NCBI RefSeq assembly: GCF_006345805.1
Contig: NW_021835806.1
Span: forward strand, 1 to 38,312
DNA: 38,312 bases
From: Octopus sinensis
Lineage: Eukaryota
Reading direction: 5' to 3'
Shown: piece after piece, positions 1 to 12,129 of the stretch
How positions within the stretch are numbered: position 1 is the first letter of the stretch
Layout of the letters: every line of letters starts with the position of its first letter
Notes under the pieces: generated by a model
Databases searched by the model: none
Told to the model about the DNA's origin: nothing
What the model saw: only the letters and a program-made list of their open reading frames with translations
Made by a program: the position numbers and the translations under genes

Positions 1-285
1 AGCAATCCCTCTCTTTACACTGTAATGATGGTGGGAAATGAAGTTGATGTATCGTCCGGTAAAGGTCGGCTTGCGGTATACGGATGTTCTGAATCCATAC
101 TTGGTGCGTGTTATTAATACCTCCAGGTTCGAAATTTCCCTAAGGCACCTGATGAAGGCTGGAGGGTATATCAGCCTAAACGTTGTGTTAACAACAAACA
201 AGATGAGTTCTCATCTCTTAAATATCGAACTAGGCTCTCTAAAATGTCTTGTATCCTTTCTTCCTTCAATACGTGTGTCATTTCT
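1..285 (-). mobile_element. Penelope-like element fragment, copy 1 (truncated by the window)
   Basis: Identical in structure to 7709-7995. Confidence 0.8.
145..188 (+). ncRNA. Minimal type-I hammerhead-like motif with an altered core, copy 1
   Basis: GCAC-CTGATGA-AGGCTG-loop-CAGCC-TAAA-CGTT-GTGT; TAAA replaces the canonical GAAA. Confidence 0.55.
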
Positions 286-330
286 TTGAATGCATTGGCT
301 TGCATTGCATCATACAGTCAGTATCTACTT

Positions 331-425
331 TTATGAATGGGAAAGTGGCAATGGTTGTCTGTGCAACAGACGAAAGGCTTCCACTTGGATAAAGACAATG
401 TTTAATGGATGTAGTGATAGATTTA
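331..425 (-). CDS. Candidate terminal exon, xNLSLHPLNIVFIQVEAFRLLHRQPLPLSHS*
   Basis: caagactag|TA acceptor in phase 1. An upstream ttcaagcag acceptor also exists. The homologous AG is altered in the copies near 8125 and 20095. Confidence 0.3.
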
Positions 426-812
426 CTAGTCTTGACGAAAGACAAGTGTTCAAACTAGGAATGCATTTCCTTGTAAGTGAACCAGATAATGAGTGGCACC
501 TGCTTGAATAACAACAACAATAACCAGTCAGTAAACGTAGTAAAATGTAAAACAAACAAAATCTTTTACTCACGTGATAAAGTATAACATATTATATATC
601 CCCGTTCAAAAAGAGAATATTCAATCTATTGTTTCTTCTAAATTATCCATTTTACCAACCATGTTAACTTGAGTGGATAATTTATGAAATGTCAATAATA
701 TCGATCCCTTTAATTTAATTAGTTTACAGTTAAAACGTGCAATTGGAATTTAGGAATAGAACATATTCTTAATAATTCCTACGAACAAAATAGCTCAGGT
801 AAACCTATTTAC

Positions 813-838
813 CTGCTTGTTCTGAGATTTGGGAAACA
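813..838 (-). CDS. Candidate 26-nt micro-exon, copy 1, (V)FPKSQNKQ, phase 1-0
   Basis: atttatttcag| acceptor, CAG|gtaaat donor. Confidence 0.45.
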
Positions 839-1124
839 CTGAAATAAATATTTCAAGGTTTTTCAAATTTATAATAAAATATTTTAAATCTAGATATTAA
901 TAATATATATTTTATTATTGTGGGACTTTCTGATCATCAATGGGCAGCCTGTGTATGGACAGCTGTGTATGCTACATAGTAGGGAAATGTATGTAGTGAA
1001 CACAGAGGACGTGTAAAGGCTTGAACAAAATGGAACCAGCATGCTCCACTGGATGGTGACTGTCAGTGTGCAGGTATAAAATGCTGACACGTTTTAAGAT
1101 AAAAGTCGAGAGTTATCACATGTA

Positions 1125-1290
1125 TGTAGTACGCAAGACAGACGACTGTGCTAGTATGACCATGTGATGTGTATGAATAAGATCAGCTGTATAAAGAGCA
1201 CCGATCTGTAAATGTGGAGAGAACCTCAAGAAAACTGGAAGGGAGTGTTGAGAAATGAGCTTCAGATCTTGAACCTGAGAGTCAATCGGT
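1125..1290 (+). mobile_element. Decayed RTE-clade LINE 3' fragment (copies near 8833-8995 and 20795-20955)
   Basis: Degenerate version of QERRLxWYGHVMRMDxDSCVKK...RKTW, compared with the RTE copy at 37693-37893. Confidence 0.6.
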
Positions 1291-1493
1291 AGAAAAGCGG
1301 GTATCTTTAAGAGACATATGTTCCTCGACCAATGGGGGTGGATAGTATCTCAGAATAGGACGTGTCTTGGGTAGAGACCGCCCATCAAATACATTTTAGA
1401 AAGAACATCAGACGATAAATGATGAGGATGTATTCGATTGTATTGTTATATGCAGCTAGTATTTATCTTGAAAGAGAAACAGACAATGGTTTC

Positions 1494-1567
1494 TCAGCAG
1501 AAAACCAAAGTCATTACTTCGATAAAGACAATGCTTAGTGGATGGAACGATAAATTTAATGTTGTAT
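1494..1567 (-). CDS. Candidate terminal exon, (D)TTLNLSFHPLSIVFIEVMTLVFC*, copy 1
   Basis: ttgtcttttcttag|AT acceptor, phase-1 entry. Confidence 0.4.
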
Positions 1568-2499
1568 CTAAGAAAAGACAACAGCAAAAATAAAAGTTTA
1601 AAACATTGTTAAAAGATATGAAGAGATAATATTTTTTAACTGCAACATCCGACATAATTCGTGATATAATAACTCAAATCTTCCTAATTTAACTAAAATA
1701 TTGCACACAGTTCCTACAACACCATTTCCAAAACGCTTCCGTCCCATTAATTGTCGATAAACACAGAAATAGCTACACCAGTCGTCTCGTTAGCTGAAAA
1801 CACTGATATACACCAGTTGAGCTTACTACTATAGAGAGAAATCCGTGATTATCTGGCAATGTTTAACTTGACCATTACAAAATTCGTTAACCCTAGAAGA
1901 AGTTCAGATGTACAATTACAAACTGCACGGTGGAGAGATATCATATTGTACCCTGACTGCTACCACAATCCGCCGTACACAACAAAACGCTGCATTTTAG
2001 CAGTTCCTTGTGTGATGATTAACAAAATGAAAGAATGGAATATCTGACGGGTTAGATCTGTATTTTTCACTGAGGCTATGACCAGCTACCTCTGGTTATA
2101 GATCTATTAAAGGGCTGAGTGGAAATTAAACTACACATGGTAAGATTTCTCTCTCCGACACATAATAGACATACAAAATTGAGATAAGCCCGCCCCAGCA
2201 CGAATTTTATCAGAGAATGAAGTAAATAACAATCGAATAAACAAAACAGAAACGACTTTTTACTATTTTAGATAAATCAATTAATTACTGCACACCAATT
2301 TCTAATTACTGGACAACTTCAAACAATCTGACACCGTGACAGCAGGTATCCTGAAACATTGTACACTTGCACAAAACCTTATTAACTACATTTAACTGGT
2401 CATCTACATACTATTGCATAAACATATCCGAAATGATACATAATAACTGACAATTAAGCATATATAAGCATGACGCAAATATAGATCAAACTGGAAGCA

Positions 2500-3600
2500 T
2501 TGAATCTTACGTTTGCCAAGAAGTTTCGAATACTCTCTTTCTTTTAACCCATTCCCATGTTTTCGTTTTCATCTTAATGTCCTTACAATGATTGGACAAA
2601 CAGGCAGCGCACCAGTGTCGAAACTTTTATAAGTTTTTCCCTAAACGTATGCATAGTTTCTCCTGCTACTTTGAACTTCACTTTGTTCTGCTGATCTTCC
2701 ACAAATAACAGATTGTATTATTTATTTGCTTCAAGTCAAATTCTTCACAAAGTAATCAGTCCACCCAGGCTATCCAGAAATATTTGCATAACATTTTGGT
2801 CTCTACATAGTATTTTTATGTCATCCATGAATGTCTTGTCTGGTGCTTTCACTTGGGTCATTTCTTTTGAGCAGACTACTGATCTAAGTAACATCTCGAA
2901 ACTGAAGGATTAATATTGTGCACCCTGCTCCAATTCCGATGACAGTCCCTGTAAAATGGTTTGTAATGAGCTGCCTTTTGAAATTGTTATAACAGCTCAT
3001 CATCAGACCTTAAAATTGCCCCAGTATGTAAAAGAAGTTCATTGATTTCATCAATAAATTGTATGGTCCACAACCATATGCTTTAGAGCGATCGAGCCAT
3101 ACAACATTCCAATTACTTCAATTCTTCTTTTTGTGTTGATCCCAGTTTGACATTTCATGTCCTACAAACCAAGAAAGTCAGGGATTTCCAGTCCTCTGCA
3201 CACTTTCCATCACATATCAATTATTTTGTAGGTGTATAGGTGATCTCTTAGCATGTACATCCACGTAAAGCTTGTCATTAAGGATTGAAACTAATTTCAA
3301 TTGGCCAATTGATTGTGATTCAGATTCCTTTCAAAAGTGAACTCTTTCTGCCTTATATCAGTCATAAATCCCTTCAATTTTATACCACAAACCCTTACTA
3401 TTATATAATGCTTATATAATGCAGTTTTTGCTCTTGCCTCCTTCTTGCTGCAATCTCTCAGTTAAAAGTTTAATTCCTGACTTTCTTTGAGAATTTATTA
3501 GAAAGACATCAACGTTTCTTTTGCTTGTACCACAATAAGATGCACCTAGGACACTTTATCAAGTGCTTTTAGGCAAGTATACCCTCATATAAAACCTAGA
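2500..3600 (-). mobile_element. Decayed Hero/R2-like non-LTR RT fragment
   Basis: Minus-strand frames give VVWLDRSKAYGCGPYNLLMKSMNFFYI and KTFMDDIKIL...KVKFKVAGETMHTFREK (FMDD-type RT) with many stops. Confidence 0.7.
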
Positions 3601-3678
3601 ATGGTTAATTGAGATGTGTCTTCTATCCGTTCATGACGTGGGAGCCTGGAAATCAGACGATATAGGATGAAGAGATTG

Positions 3679-3794
3679 TCAATTATTGTATAGTATCTTG
3701 CAACCAGTTTCTGTTTCGAAGTAAGAAATATAGACAACAACTATCACAGAAGTAAGTTGGATAAGGGCAATGTGTAGCGTATGTAATAAAATAT
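3679..3794 (-). CDS. Candidate terminal exon, (D)ILLHTLHIALIQLTSVIVVVYISYFETETGCKILYNN*
   Basis: ctgttttatttcacag|AT strong acceptor, phase-1 entry, hydrophobic stretch, TGA stop. Confidence 0.45.
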
Positions 3795-4288
3795 CTGTGA
3801 AATAAAACAGACTGCTTATACTTGAAATACCTTTCAAAGTACTTTTTTAGAAATATCAGCCAAAATAACAACATTAATCTATCAGCAAACATAATATAAA
3901 ATGTAAAACAAAGAGAAATGTCATTAACACGAATGTTTATCGCTAAACAACTACAAATATTAGTTTTCTCTTCCAAAGTAAAATATTAAATCTATTGTCT
4001 TCGAAGTTATCCCTTTTACAAACCATGCTCACCACATCGGATATTTTGTGAAATTACAATAATATCGATATGTTTTATTGGGTAAACTGGCAATATGACC
4101 ATTCCGAAATATAATAATATCTGTTTCAACACACGACTTCACATAAAAAATCTTGCACAACAAATATTTAATAGAATTATTATGCATCAAACTTTTCAAA
4201 TGCAAAATTTGGATTGGAAGATGTTGTCAGTCATTCAGTAAAGTTAAAATTTACAGTAATCGATAAGGTAATGATATTTTATACTCAT

Positions 4289-4351
4289 CATCAAATGATT
4301 CTGTTTCAAGCATAGGAAAGTTTGGAGACAGTGTTGTTTGCGACTATGTGT
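4289..4351 (-). pseudogene. Dead 63-nt cassette exon, copy 1
   Basis: ccg in place of the cag acceptor, atgagt in place of the gtgagt donor, in-frame TAG; length is still a multiple of 3. Confidence 0.55.
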
Positions 4352-5195
4352 CGGAAAAATATATTTTCAATCAAGTTTTACATTTTACACTATAATATGA
4401 TTATATCTATCAATCAAAAATATTCCATTACCGTAAGATATCTTTATTTTTAATGGTCAACGGCTGACCACTATGCTTTTGGTCAGCACGCTTTACAGAT
4501 TCAATATAACAAAACTCTTTATTAAGAGCCACCAAAATATTAACTAATTTCGTTCTGAAGAAGAACTGACTTGGACAGTGACAACTCATCTAGTCCATAG
4601 GAGCCTGGAAATCTGACGATAAATGTCGGGGTTGTTGCCTGTGATTCACTTGCATCGTGCAACCTGTATCTTTCATGAAGTAAGAAGGCAGATACCGATT
4701 ATCACAGTAGCAAAGAAATGTTTTCTATTCGGGAAAAGACAATGTGTAGTGGATGTAATAATAAAATCTACCAGTGTAACAAAACAGAGAGTTTACACTT
4801 GGAACGCATTTCATTGCAATTCTTCTAGATTATGAGAAGCATCCGTTTAAATAGCAACAATAACAATAATAACCTTGAAGTAAACATGATAAAAAGTGTG
4901 ACAAAAACAGCTGTCATTAACTCTAAATTTATATTCCTAAACAAATTAGCTTAGTTCTCTCTTTCTCAAAACTATACAAAATATATTCCCGTTTCAATTT
5001 TCCATTTTACAAACCACTCTAACCTCGTTGGATATTTTGTGAACTTTCAGTAATATCGATATATTGAATAGAATTATTATACAACATTTCGAATCTAATT
5101 AGGATAGAATCTGTACTCAGTCGTTCTAAAATACAAAAGCTCGGGAGAAGGTGAAATGTATAGAAATCGGTAAATTAATATCATTTCATACTTAC

Positions 5196-5282
5196 AATCA
5201 TTCTCTGATTGGTCTACTCCAGAATACGATTTAAAACCGGAATCGGTACTGGCTCCCGATACCATACTTCCTGTTGAATGTT
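5196..5282 (-). CDS. Candidate 87-nt cassette exon A, (E)HSTGSMVSGASTDSGFKSYSGVDQSEND, phase 1-1
   Basis: tattcatttcag| acceptor, T|gtaagt donor, open frame. Confidence 0.7.
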
Positions 5283-5734
5283 CTGAAATGAATATTTTCA
5301 AGATTTGCGTTGTATAGGATGATGTGCTTATCTTTGTTAATAATCTATATTTCACAATTGTGACATATTTCTATTTTCAATTGTCAGCGACTGACCACTA
5401 TGCTTTTGGTCAGCACGTTTTACAGTTTCAATATAACAAAACTCTATATTAAGAGCAACCAAAATATTAACTAATTTCCTATCTATACTCTTTGTATTCA
5501 GATATCAAATATAATTCAACAATATTGTAATTATTTAATTTCATTGTCTCTTTATAACAGAATTTTGCTTTTAGTTTTCTCTTTCCTTCCGTATTTCTCT
5601 GATTCTCAGGGTGTTTAAGGCACATGTATAAAGAGAAGATAACTCAACTACTGAAAAACACTGCTATAAAGAGATAATTACGTGAAGTAATTGCAATATT
5701 GTTAAATTATGTTGGATGTCACAATACATTGCGT

Positions 5735-6170
5735 TGATATATGAAGGTTGGTCTCAAAACGAAGCCGGATTGGACCAATCGCATAAACCTCTTCAACTAC
5801 ACCTATTTACCTGCAATTTACAACAGGTGTGAAAGCTGGTACACGACGAAGTGGGAGGGTGTGAGTCTGATAATGGCCCAAAACACAATCGAAAAATCGA
5901 GGTTTGGGAGTGTTGCTAAATTTGCACATCAAGAGTGAGGCGATCAGAGAGAAATCCGGTGTGAGAGACATCATCACTAAAAACTTATGCCAAAATTTCA
6001 GATAGGACAGGTAGCCAGCTCCCTGAAAATATTTAGAGATGCACAGTTGTTGAGAGTTATATACACGAGCAGAGGAGGTCACTGAGAGCGAATCCAAAAG
6101 TGAGTATTTGACGAAATACGACATCCTACGTAGGTGAGAAGGTCAAGATGAAGACAGAAGTGGAGGGTGC
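5735..6170 (+). mobile_element. Decayed RTE-clade LINE C-terminal fragment (copies near 12590-13020, 15835-16260, 17705-18135)
   Basis: LFNYTYLPAIYNRCESWYTTK...AQNTIEKSRFG and IREKSGVRDIIT resemble the RTE post-RT region. Confidence 0.6.
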
Positions 6171-6896
6171 ACTGTGATCTCTGGTGTCGTCAATACACTC
6201 AGTCAGTCGATCATGGTCAAGGTGGTATTTCTGTCACATCTATGACATAGCGTTTTCACCTCTACCATAGTAAACCTCACGAACCAAACTTCTCGTTTTC
6301 TGCTCAACTCAAATGCCAAGCAAGTGGATAACCATATATCGATCTTCAAAAACTGGTTGCACCACTTATAGTTAGAAAAAAAGCACCAGCTCTCTCTGTG
6401 AAACATTGATTCTGGAAATTTTTGATTTTAACTGCCCACATCAACCTGCGTAGTTGTGACGCATCTATGACATGGCGTTTTCACATCTACAGTAGAACTC
6501 ACTAATCAAACAATCTTATAATTTTCTGCTCACTTCCAGTGTCAACAAAGTTAATCATCAAATATCTATCTTCAAATTCATTTCACTTTAGACTACAAAC
6601 ACCTACTCTCTCTGTGAAACATTGCTGCTGGTAATCTTTAATTTTAACTGCCCACATCTACGTTCACCAGAATGTCATCTCATGTAGAAAATATTTGAAG
6701 ACCCCTGAATGAAATAGATTTCATCCCAAGTGAGTAATGATTAATTCTACACAGGCGTAGAGGAAAGAAATATCAGATGTCCCCCAAAACTGTGAACACC
6801 TAATGTACTTCATACAAGGTCATGGTAAATTTACTATCAGTGAAATATGACAGAATCTTTATGGAAATCGATGAGGTAATATAATTTTAAACTCAC

Positions 6897-6947
6897 CATA
6901 TTGTTTTGAACTGAGTTGGGTCCTTTTGGCAAAATCTCTTCCATAAT
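6897..6947 (-). CDS. Candidate 51-nt cassette exon, (D)YGRDFAKRTQLSSKQY, phase 1-1
   Basis: tattcatttcag| acceptor, G|gtgagt donor, open frame; paralog of 18857-18907. Confidence 0.7.
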
Positions 6948-7444
6948 CTGAAATGAATATTTTCACGTATTACATTTTATTGTATGATTTGGTTATATTT
7001 CTTAATCTGTATTTTGGTATTCTTCGACATTTATATCTTAAATGGTCAACGGATGATCACTATATCTTTGGTGAGTAACTCATACTGTTTAACACAATAT
7101 TTAGAGCCTTCAAAATATGCGCAAATTTCCTATCTATCCCCTCTGTATTCAGATATCCAGCATAATTTAACAAGATTGAAATTATTTAATTACCTCTTTA
7201 GAACAGTATTCTTCCTCTATGCCTTTCCTTTCATATCTCTCTGTATTTGAGCGAGTTTAATGTACAGATATAAGAGAGGAAAACTAAACTAATGAGAAAC
7301 AGTGTTATAAAGAGATAATTACGTGAAGTAATTACAATATTGTTAAATTATGTCGGATGTCACATTACAGTGCGGTGATATATATATATCAGTAATCAAG
7401 CGATCAGAGAGAATTCTGAGCGACATCATCACCAAATGCAGATG

Positions 7445-7995
7445 GAAGAAGTGTTGTATTACTCTTGAATAGTGTCCTGATGTCATATGGGCCGCATATC
7501 TTTTGTATCTTTTCGGAGAGGCCTTTCACATAAGGTAGACAGACTGTGGACAGTTTATTGGTTTCATCCTCTCTTTTCTTCATAATTGGAGTGGATAGTA
7601 TGTTTTTGGGTAGTTGTTGCTTAATAGATTGTTACTTAGCGTGATCATTTCTTCGTTGTGGGTTTCACGATCGCTACTTATATTCTTTACTCGATGTTTT
7701 AGGCACTGAGCAATCCCTCTCTTTACACTGTAAGGATGGTGGGAAATGAAGTTGATGTATCGTCCGGTAAAGGTCGGCTTGCGGTATACGGATGTTCTGA
7801 ATCCATACTTGGTGCGTGTTATTAATACCTCCAGGTTCGAAATTTCCTCAAGACACCTGATGAAGGCTGGAGGGTATATCAGCCTAAACGTTGTGTTAAC
7901 AACAAACAAGATGAGTTCTCATCTTTTAAATATCGAACTAGGCTCTCTAAAATGCCTTGTATCCTTTCTTCCTTCAATACGTGTGTCATTTCTTT
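7445..7995 (-). mobile_element. Penelope-like element fragment: RT C-terminus plus an inverted LTR-like piece
   Basis: LEVLITRTKYGFRTSVYRKPTFTGRYINFISHHPYSVKRGIAQCLKHR and LPYVKGLSEKIQKIC are typical of the PLE RT thumb/linker. Confidence 0.85.
7853..7896 (+). ncRNA. Minimal type-I hammerhead-like motif with an altered core, copy 2
   Basis: ACAC-CTGATGA-AGGCTG-gagggtatat-CAGCC-TAAA-CGTT-GTGT; stem I is ACAC/GTGT. Confidence 0.6.
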
Positions 7996-8520
7996 GAATG
8001 CATTGGCTTGCTTTGCATCATACAGTCAGTATCTATATTTATGAATGGGAAAGTGGCGATGGTAGTCTGTGCAACAGACGAAAATCTTCCACTTGGATAA
8101 AGACAATGTTTAATGGATGTAATGATAGATTTACAAGTCTTGAAGAAAGACAAGTATTCAAACTCGGAATGCATTTCCTTGTACGTGAACAAGATAATGA
8201 GTGGCACCTGCTTGAATAACAACAACAATAACCAGTCAGTAAACGTAGTAAAATGTAAAGCAAGCAAAATATTTAACTCACCTGAAAAAGAATAACATAT
8301 TATATATCCCCGTTCAAAAAGAGAATATTCAATCTATTGTTTCTTCTAAATTATCCATTTTACCAACCATGTTAACTTGAGTGGATAATTTATGAAATGT
8401 CAGTAATATCGATCCCTTTAATATAATCAGTTTACAGCTAAAACATGCAATTGAAATTTATGAATAGAACACATTCTTAATAATTGTGACAAACAAAATA
8501 GCTCAGGTAAACCTATTTAC

Positions 8521-8546
8521 CTGCTTGCTCTGAGACTTGGGAAACT
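8521..8546 (-). CDS. Candidate 26-nt micro-exon, copy 2, (E)FPKSQSKQ, phase 1-0
   Basis: atttatttcag| acceptor, CAG|gtaaat donor; 3 differences from copies 1 and 3. Confidence 0.45.
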
Positions 8547-9201
8547 CTGAAATAAATATTTCAAGGTTTTTAAAATTTATTATAAAATATTTTAAATCTA
8601 GATATTAATAATATATATTTTATTATTGTGGGACTTTCTGATCACCAATGGGCAGCCTGTGTATGAACAGCTGTGTAAGCTACATAGTAGTGAAATGTAT
8701 GTAGTGAACACAGAAGACGTTTAAAGGCGTGAACAAAATGGAACCAGCACGCTCCACTGGATGGTGACTGTCAGCGTGCAGGTATAAAATGCTGACACGT
8801 TTTAAGATAAAAGTCGAGAGTTATCACATGTATGTAGTACGCAAGACAGACGACTGTGCTAGTATGGCCATGTGATATGTATGAATAAGATCAGCTGTAT
8901 AAAGAGCACCGATCTGTAAATGTGGAGAGAACCTCAAGAAAAATGGAAGGAAGTGTTGAGAAATGAGCTTCAGATCTTGAACCTGAGAGTCAATCGGTAG
9001 AAAAGCGGGTATCTTTAAGAGACATATGTCCCTCAACCAATGGGGGTGGATAGTATCTCAGAATAGGACGTGTCTTGTGTAGAGACCGCCCATCCAATGC
9101 ATTTTAGACAGAAAATCAGACGATAAATGATGAGGATGTATTCGATTGTATTGTTATATGCAGCTAGTATTTATCTTCAAAGAGAAAGAGACAATGGTTT
9201 C

Positions 9202-9275
9202 TCAGCAGAAAACCAAAGTCATTACTTCGATAAAGACAATGCTTAGTGGATGGAACGATAAATTTAATGTTGTAT
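9202..9275 (-). CDS. Candidate terminal exon, (D)TTLNLSFHPLSIVFIEVMTLVFC*, copy 2
   Basis: ttgtcttttcttag|AT acceptor, phase-1 entry into the family frame. Confidence 0.4.
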
Positions 9276-10249
9276 CTAAGAAAAGACAACAGCAAAAATA
9301 AAAGTTTAAAACATTGTTAAAAGATATGAAGAGATAATATTTTTTAACAGCAACATCCGACATAATTCGTGATATAACAACTCAAATCTTCCTAATTTAA
9401 CTAAAATATTGCACACAGTTCCTACAACACCATTTCCAAAACGCTTCCGTCCCATTAATTGTCGATAAACACAGAAATAGCTACACCAGTCGTCCCGCAA
9501 GCTGAAAACACTGATATACACCAGTGGAGCTTAGTACTATAGAGAGAAATCCGTGATTATCTGGCAATGTTTAATTTGACCATTACAAAAGTCGTTAACA
9601 CTAGAAGGAGTTCAGATGTACAATTACAAACTGCACGGTGGAGAGATATCATATTCTACCCTGACTGCTACCACAATCCGCCGTACACAACAAAACGAGA
9701 CATTTTAGCAGTTCCTTGTGTGATGATTAACAAAATGAAAGAATGGAATATCTGACGGGTTAGATCTGTATTTTTCACTGAGGCTATGACCAGCTACCTC
9801 TGGTTATAGATCTATTAAAGGGCTGAGTAGAAATTAAACTACTTGTGGTAAGAATTCTCTCTCCGACACAAAATAGACATACAAAATTGAGATAAGCCCG
9901 CCCCAGCACCAATTTTATCAGAGAATTATGTAAATAACTATCGAATAAACAAAACAGAAACGACTTTTTACTATTTTAGATAAATCAATTTCTGCACACC
10001 AATTTCTAATTGCTGGACTAACTTCAAACAATCTGACACCGCGACATCAAGTATCCTGAAACATTGTACACTTGCACAAAACCTTATTAACTACATTTTA
10101 CTGGTCATCTACATACTATTGCATAAACATATCCGAAATGATACATAATAACTGACAATCAAGCATATATAAGCATGACGCAAATATAGATCAAACTGGA
10201 AGCATTGAATCTTACGTTTGCCAGCAAGTTTCGAATATTCTCTTTCTTT

Positions 10250-11370
10250 TAACCCATTCCCATGTTTTCGTTTTCATCTTAATGCCCTTACAATTATTGG
10301 ACAAAGAGGCAGCGCAACACTGTCTGAAACTTTTATAAGTTTTTCCCTGAATGTATGCATGTATGCGGTGCCTCAGCATGGCCACAGCTCATGAGCTGAA
10401 ACTAGAATCAATCAATCAATCAATCATAGTTTCTCCAGCTACTTTGAACTTCACTTTGTTCTGCTGATCTTCCACAAATAACAGATTGTATTATTTATTT
10501 GCTTCAAGTCAAATTCTTGACAAAGTAATCAGTCCACCCAGGCTATCCAGAAATATTTGCATAACATTTTGGTCTCTACATAGTATTTTTATGTCATCCA
10601 TGAATGTCTTGTCTTGTTCTTTCACTTGGGTCATTTCTTCTGAGCAGACTACTGATCTAGGTAACATCTCGAAACTGAAGGATTAATATTGTGCACCCTG
10701 CTCCAATTCCGATGACAGTCCCTGTAAAATGGTTTGTAATGAGCTGCCTTTTGAAATTGTTATACCAGCTCATCATCAGACCTTCACACTGCCCCAGTAT
10801 GTCAAAGAAGTTCATTGATTTCATCAATAAATTGTATGGTACCCAACCATATGCTTTAGAGCGATCAAGGCATACAACATTCCAATTACTTCAATTCTTC
10901 TTTGTGTGTTGATCCCAGTTTGACATCTCATGTCCTTCAAACCAAGAAAGTCAGCGGATTCCAGTCATCTGCACACTTTCCATCACATATCAATTATTTT
11001 GTAGTTGTATAGATGATCTCTTAGCATGTACATCCACGTAAAGCATGTCATTAAGGATTGAAACTAATTTCAATTGGCCAAATAATTGTGATTCAGATTC
11101 CTTTCATAAGTGAACTCTTTCTGCCTTATATCAGTCATAAATCCCTTCAATTTTATACTACAAACCCTTACTATTATATAATGCTTATATAATGCAGTTT
11201 TTGCTCTTGCCTCCTTCTTGCTGCAATCTCTCAGTTAAAAGTTTAATTCCTGACTTTCTTAGAGGTTTTATTAGAAAGACATCAACGTTTCTTTTGCTTG
11301 TACCACAATAAAATGCACCTAGGACACTTTATCAAATGGTTTGTTTTAGGAAATTATACCCTCATATAAA
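10250..11370 (-). mobile_element. Decayed Hero/R2-like RT fragment, recent duplicate
   Basis: Colinear with 2500-3600. Confidence 0.7.
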
Positions 11371-11455
11371 ACCTAGAATGGATAACTGAGATTCGTCTGC
11401 TATCCGATCAAGAGGTGGGAGCATGGAAATCAGACGTTAAAGGATGAAGAGATAG

Positions 11456-11571
11456 TCAATTATTGTATAGTATCTTGCAACCAGTATCTGTTTTGAAGTA
11501 AGAAATATAGACAACAACTATCACAGAAGTAAGTTGGATAAGGGCAATGTTTCGCGTATGTAATGAAATAT
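11456..11571 (-). CDS. Candidate terminal exon, (D)ISLHTRNIALIQLTSVIVVVYISYFKTDTGCKILYNN*
   Basis: atttatttcacag|AT acceptor, phase-1 entry, 18-residue hydrophobic stretch, TGA stop. Confidence 0.45.
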
Positions 11572-12066
11572 CTGTGAAATAAATCAGACTGCTTATACTT
11601 GAAATACATTTCAAAGTACTTTTTTAGAAATATCAGCCAAAATAACAATATTAATCTATCAGCAAACATAATATAAAATGTAAAACAAAGAGAAATGTCA
11701 TTAACACGAATGTTTATCGCTAAACAACTACAAATATTAGTTTTCTCTTCCAAAGTGAAATATAAAATCTATTGTCTTCCAAGTTATCCATTTTACAAAC
11801 CATGCTCACCACATCGGATATTTTGTGAAATTACAATAATATCGATATGTTTTATTGGCTAAACTGGCAAAATGACCATTCCGAAATATAATAATATCTG
11901 TTTCAACACACGACTTCACATAAAAAAATCTTGCACAACAAATATTTAATAGAATTATTATGCATCAAACTTTTCAAATGCAAAATGTGGATTGGAAGAT
12001 GTTGTCAGTCATTCAGTAAAGTTAAAATTTACAGTAATCGATAAGGTAATGATATTTTATACTCAT

Positions 12067-12129
12067 GATCAAATGATTCTGTTTCAAGCATAGGAAAGTT
12101 TGGAGACAGTATTGTTTGCGACTATGTGT
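12067..12129 (-). pseudogene. Dead 63-nt cassette exon, copy 2
   Basis: Acceptor reads ttttccg, donor reads atgagt, in-frame TAG; same module position as intact cassettes. Confidence 0.55.

Larger units (their letters stand above)
1..7708. repeat. Recent tandem unit 1 (array continues left of the window)
   Basis: Position 1 recurs at 7709 and 19670; paralogous ORFs at 38/7746/19707. Lacks the ~2.4-kb block 12320-14700 of unit 2. Confidence 0.95.

Noticed and set aside
38-289. Plus-strand 83-aa ORF repeated at 7746 and 19707
   Set aside because: Antisense shadow of the Penelope-like fragment; it recurs only because the DNA is duplicated.
331-500. Reading the terminal-exon-like blocks as decayed RING exons (CxSxS...KCxPSxN)
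   Set aside because: Most zinc ligands are missing in every copy; the phase-1 acceptor model fits four paralog classes better, though shared ancestry cannot be excluded.
290-511. Plus-strand ORFs MHWLALHH... (also 7998, 19959) and 28226-28573
   Set aside because: Antisense to the terminal-exon-like blocks; no splice or domain support on the plus strand.
1826-1851. Possible extra 26-nt exon (D)NHGFLSIV with gccag/gtaagc sites
   Set aside because: Weak polypyrimidine tract, and the donor is broken (ctaagc) in the unit-2 copy.
3683-3976. 97-aa hydrophobic ORF (also 11460-11753)
   Set aside because: Overlaps the candidate terminal exon in a different frame, has no matching acceptor phase, and looks like translated AT-rich DNA.
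5095-5355. Full-length ORFs MKYRLLTK... (also 15251, 17037) as standalone small genes
   Set aside because: Only the internal 87 nt has splice sites and coding-like divergence; the rest is AT-rich intron read-through.
6200-6720. Short dispersed direct repeats as a CRISPR-like or regulatory array
   Set aside because: Irregular, degenerate sub-duplications of the intron module in eukaryotic DNA, with no constant repeat-spacer period.
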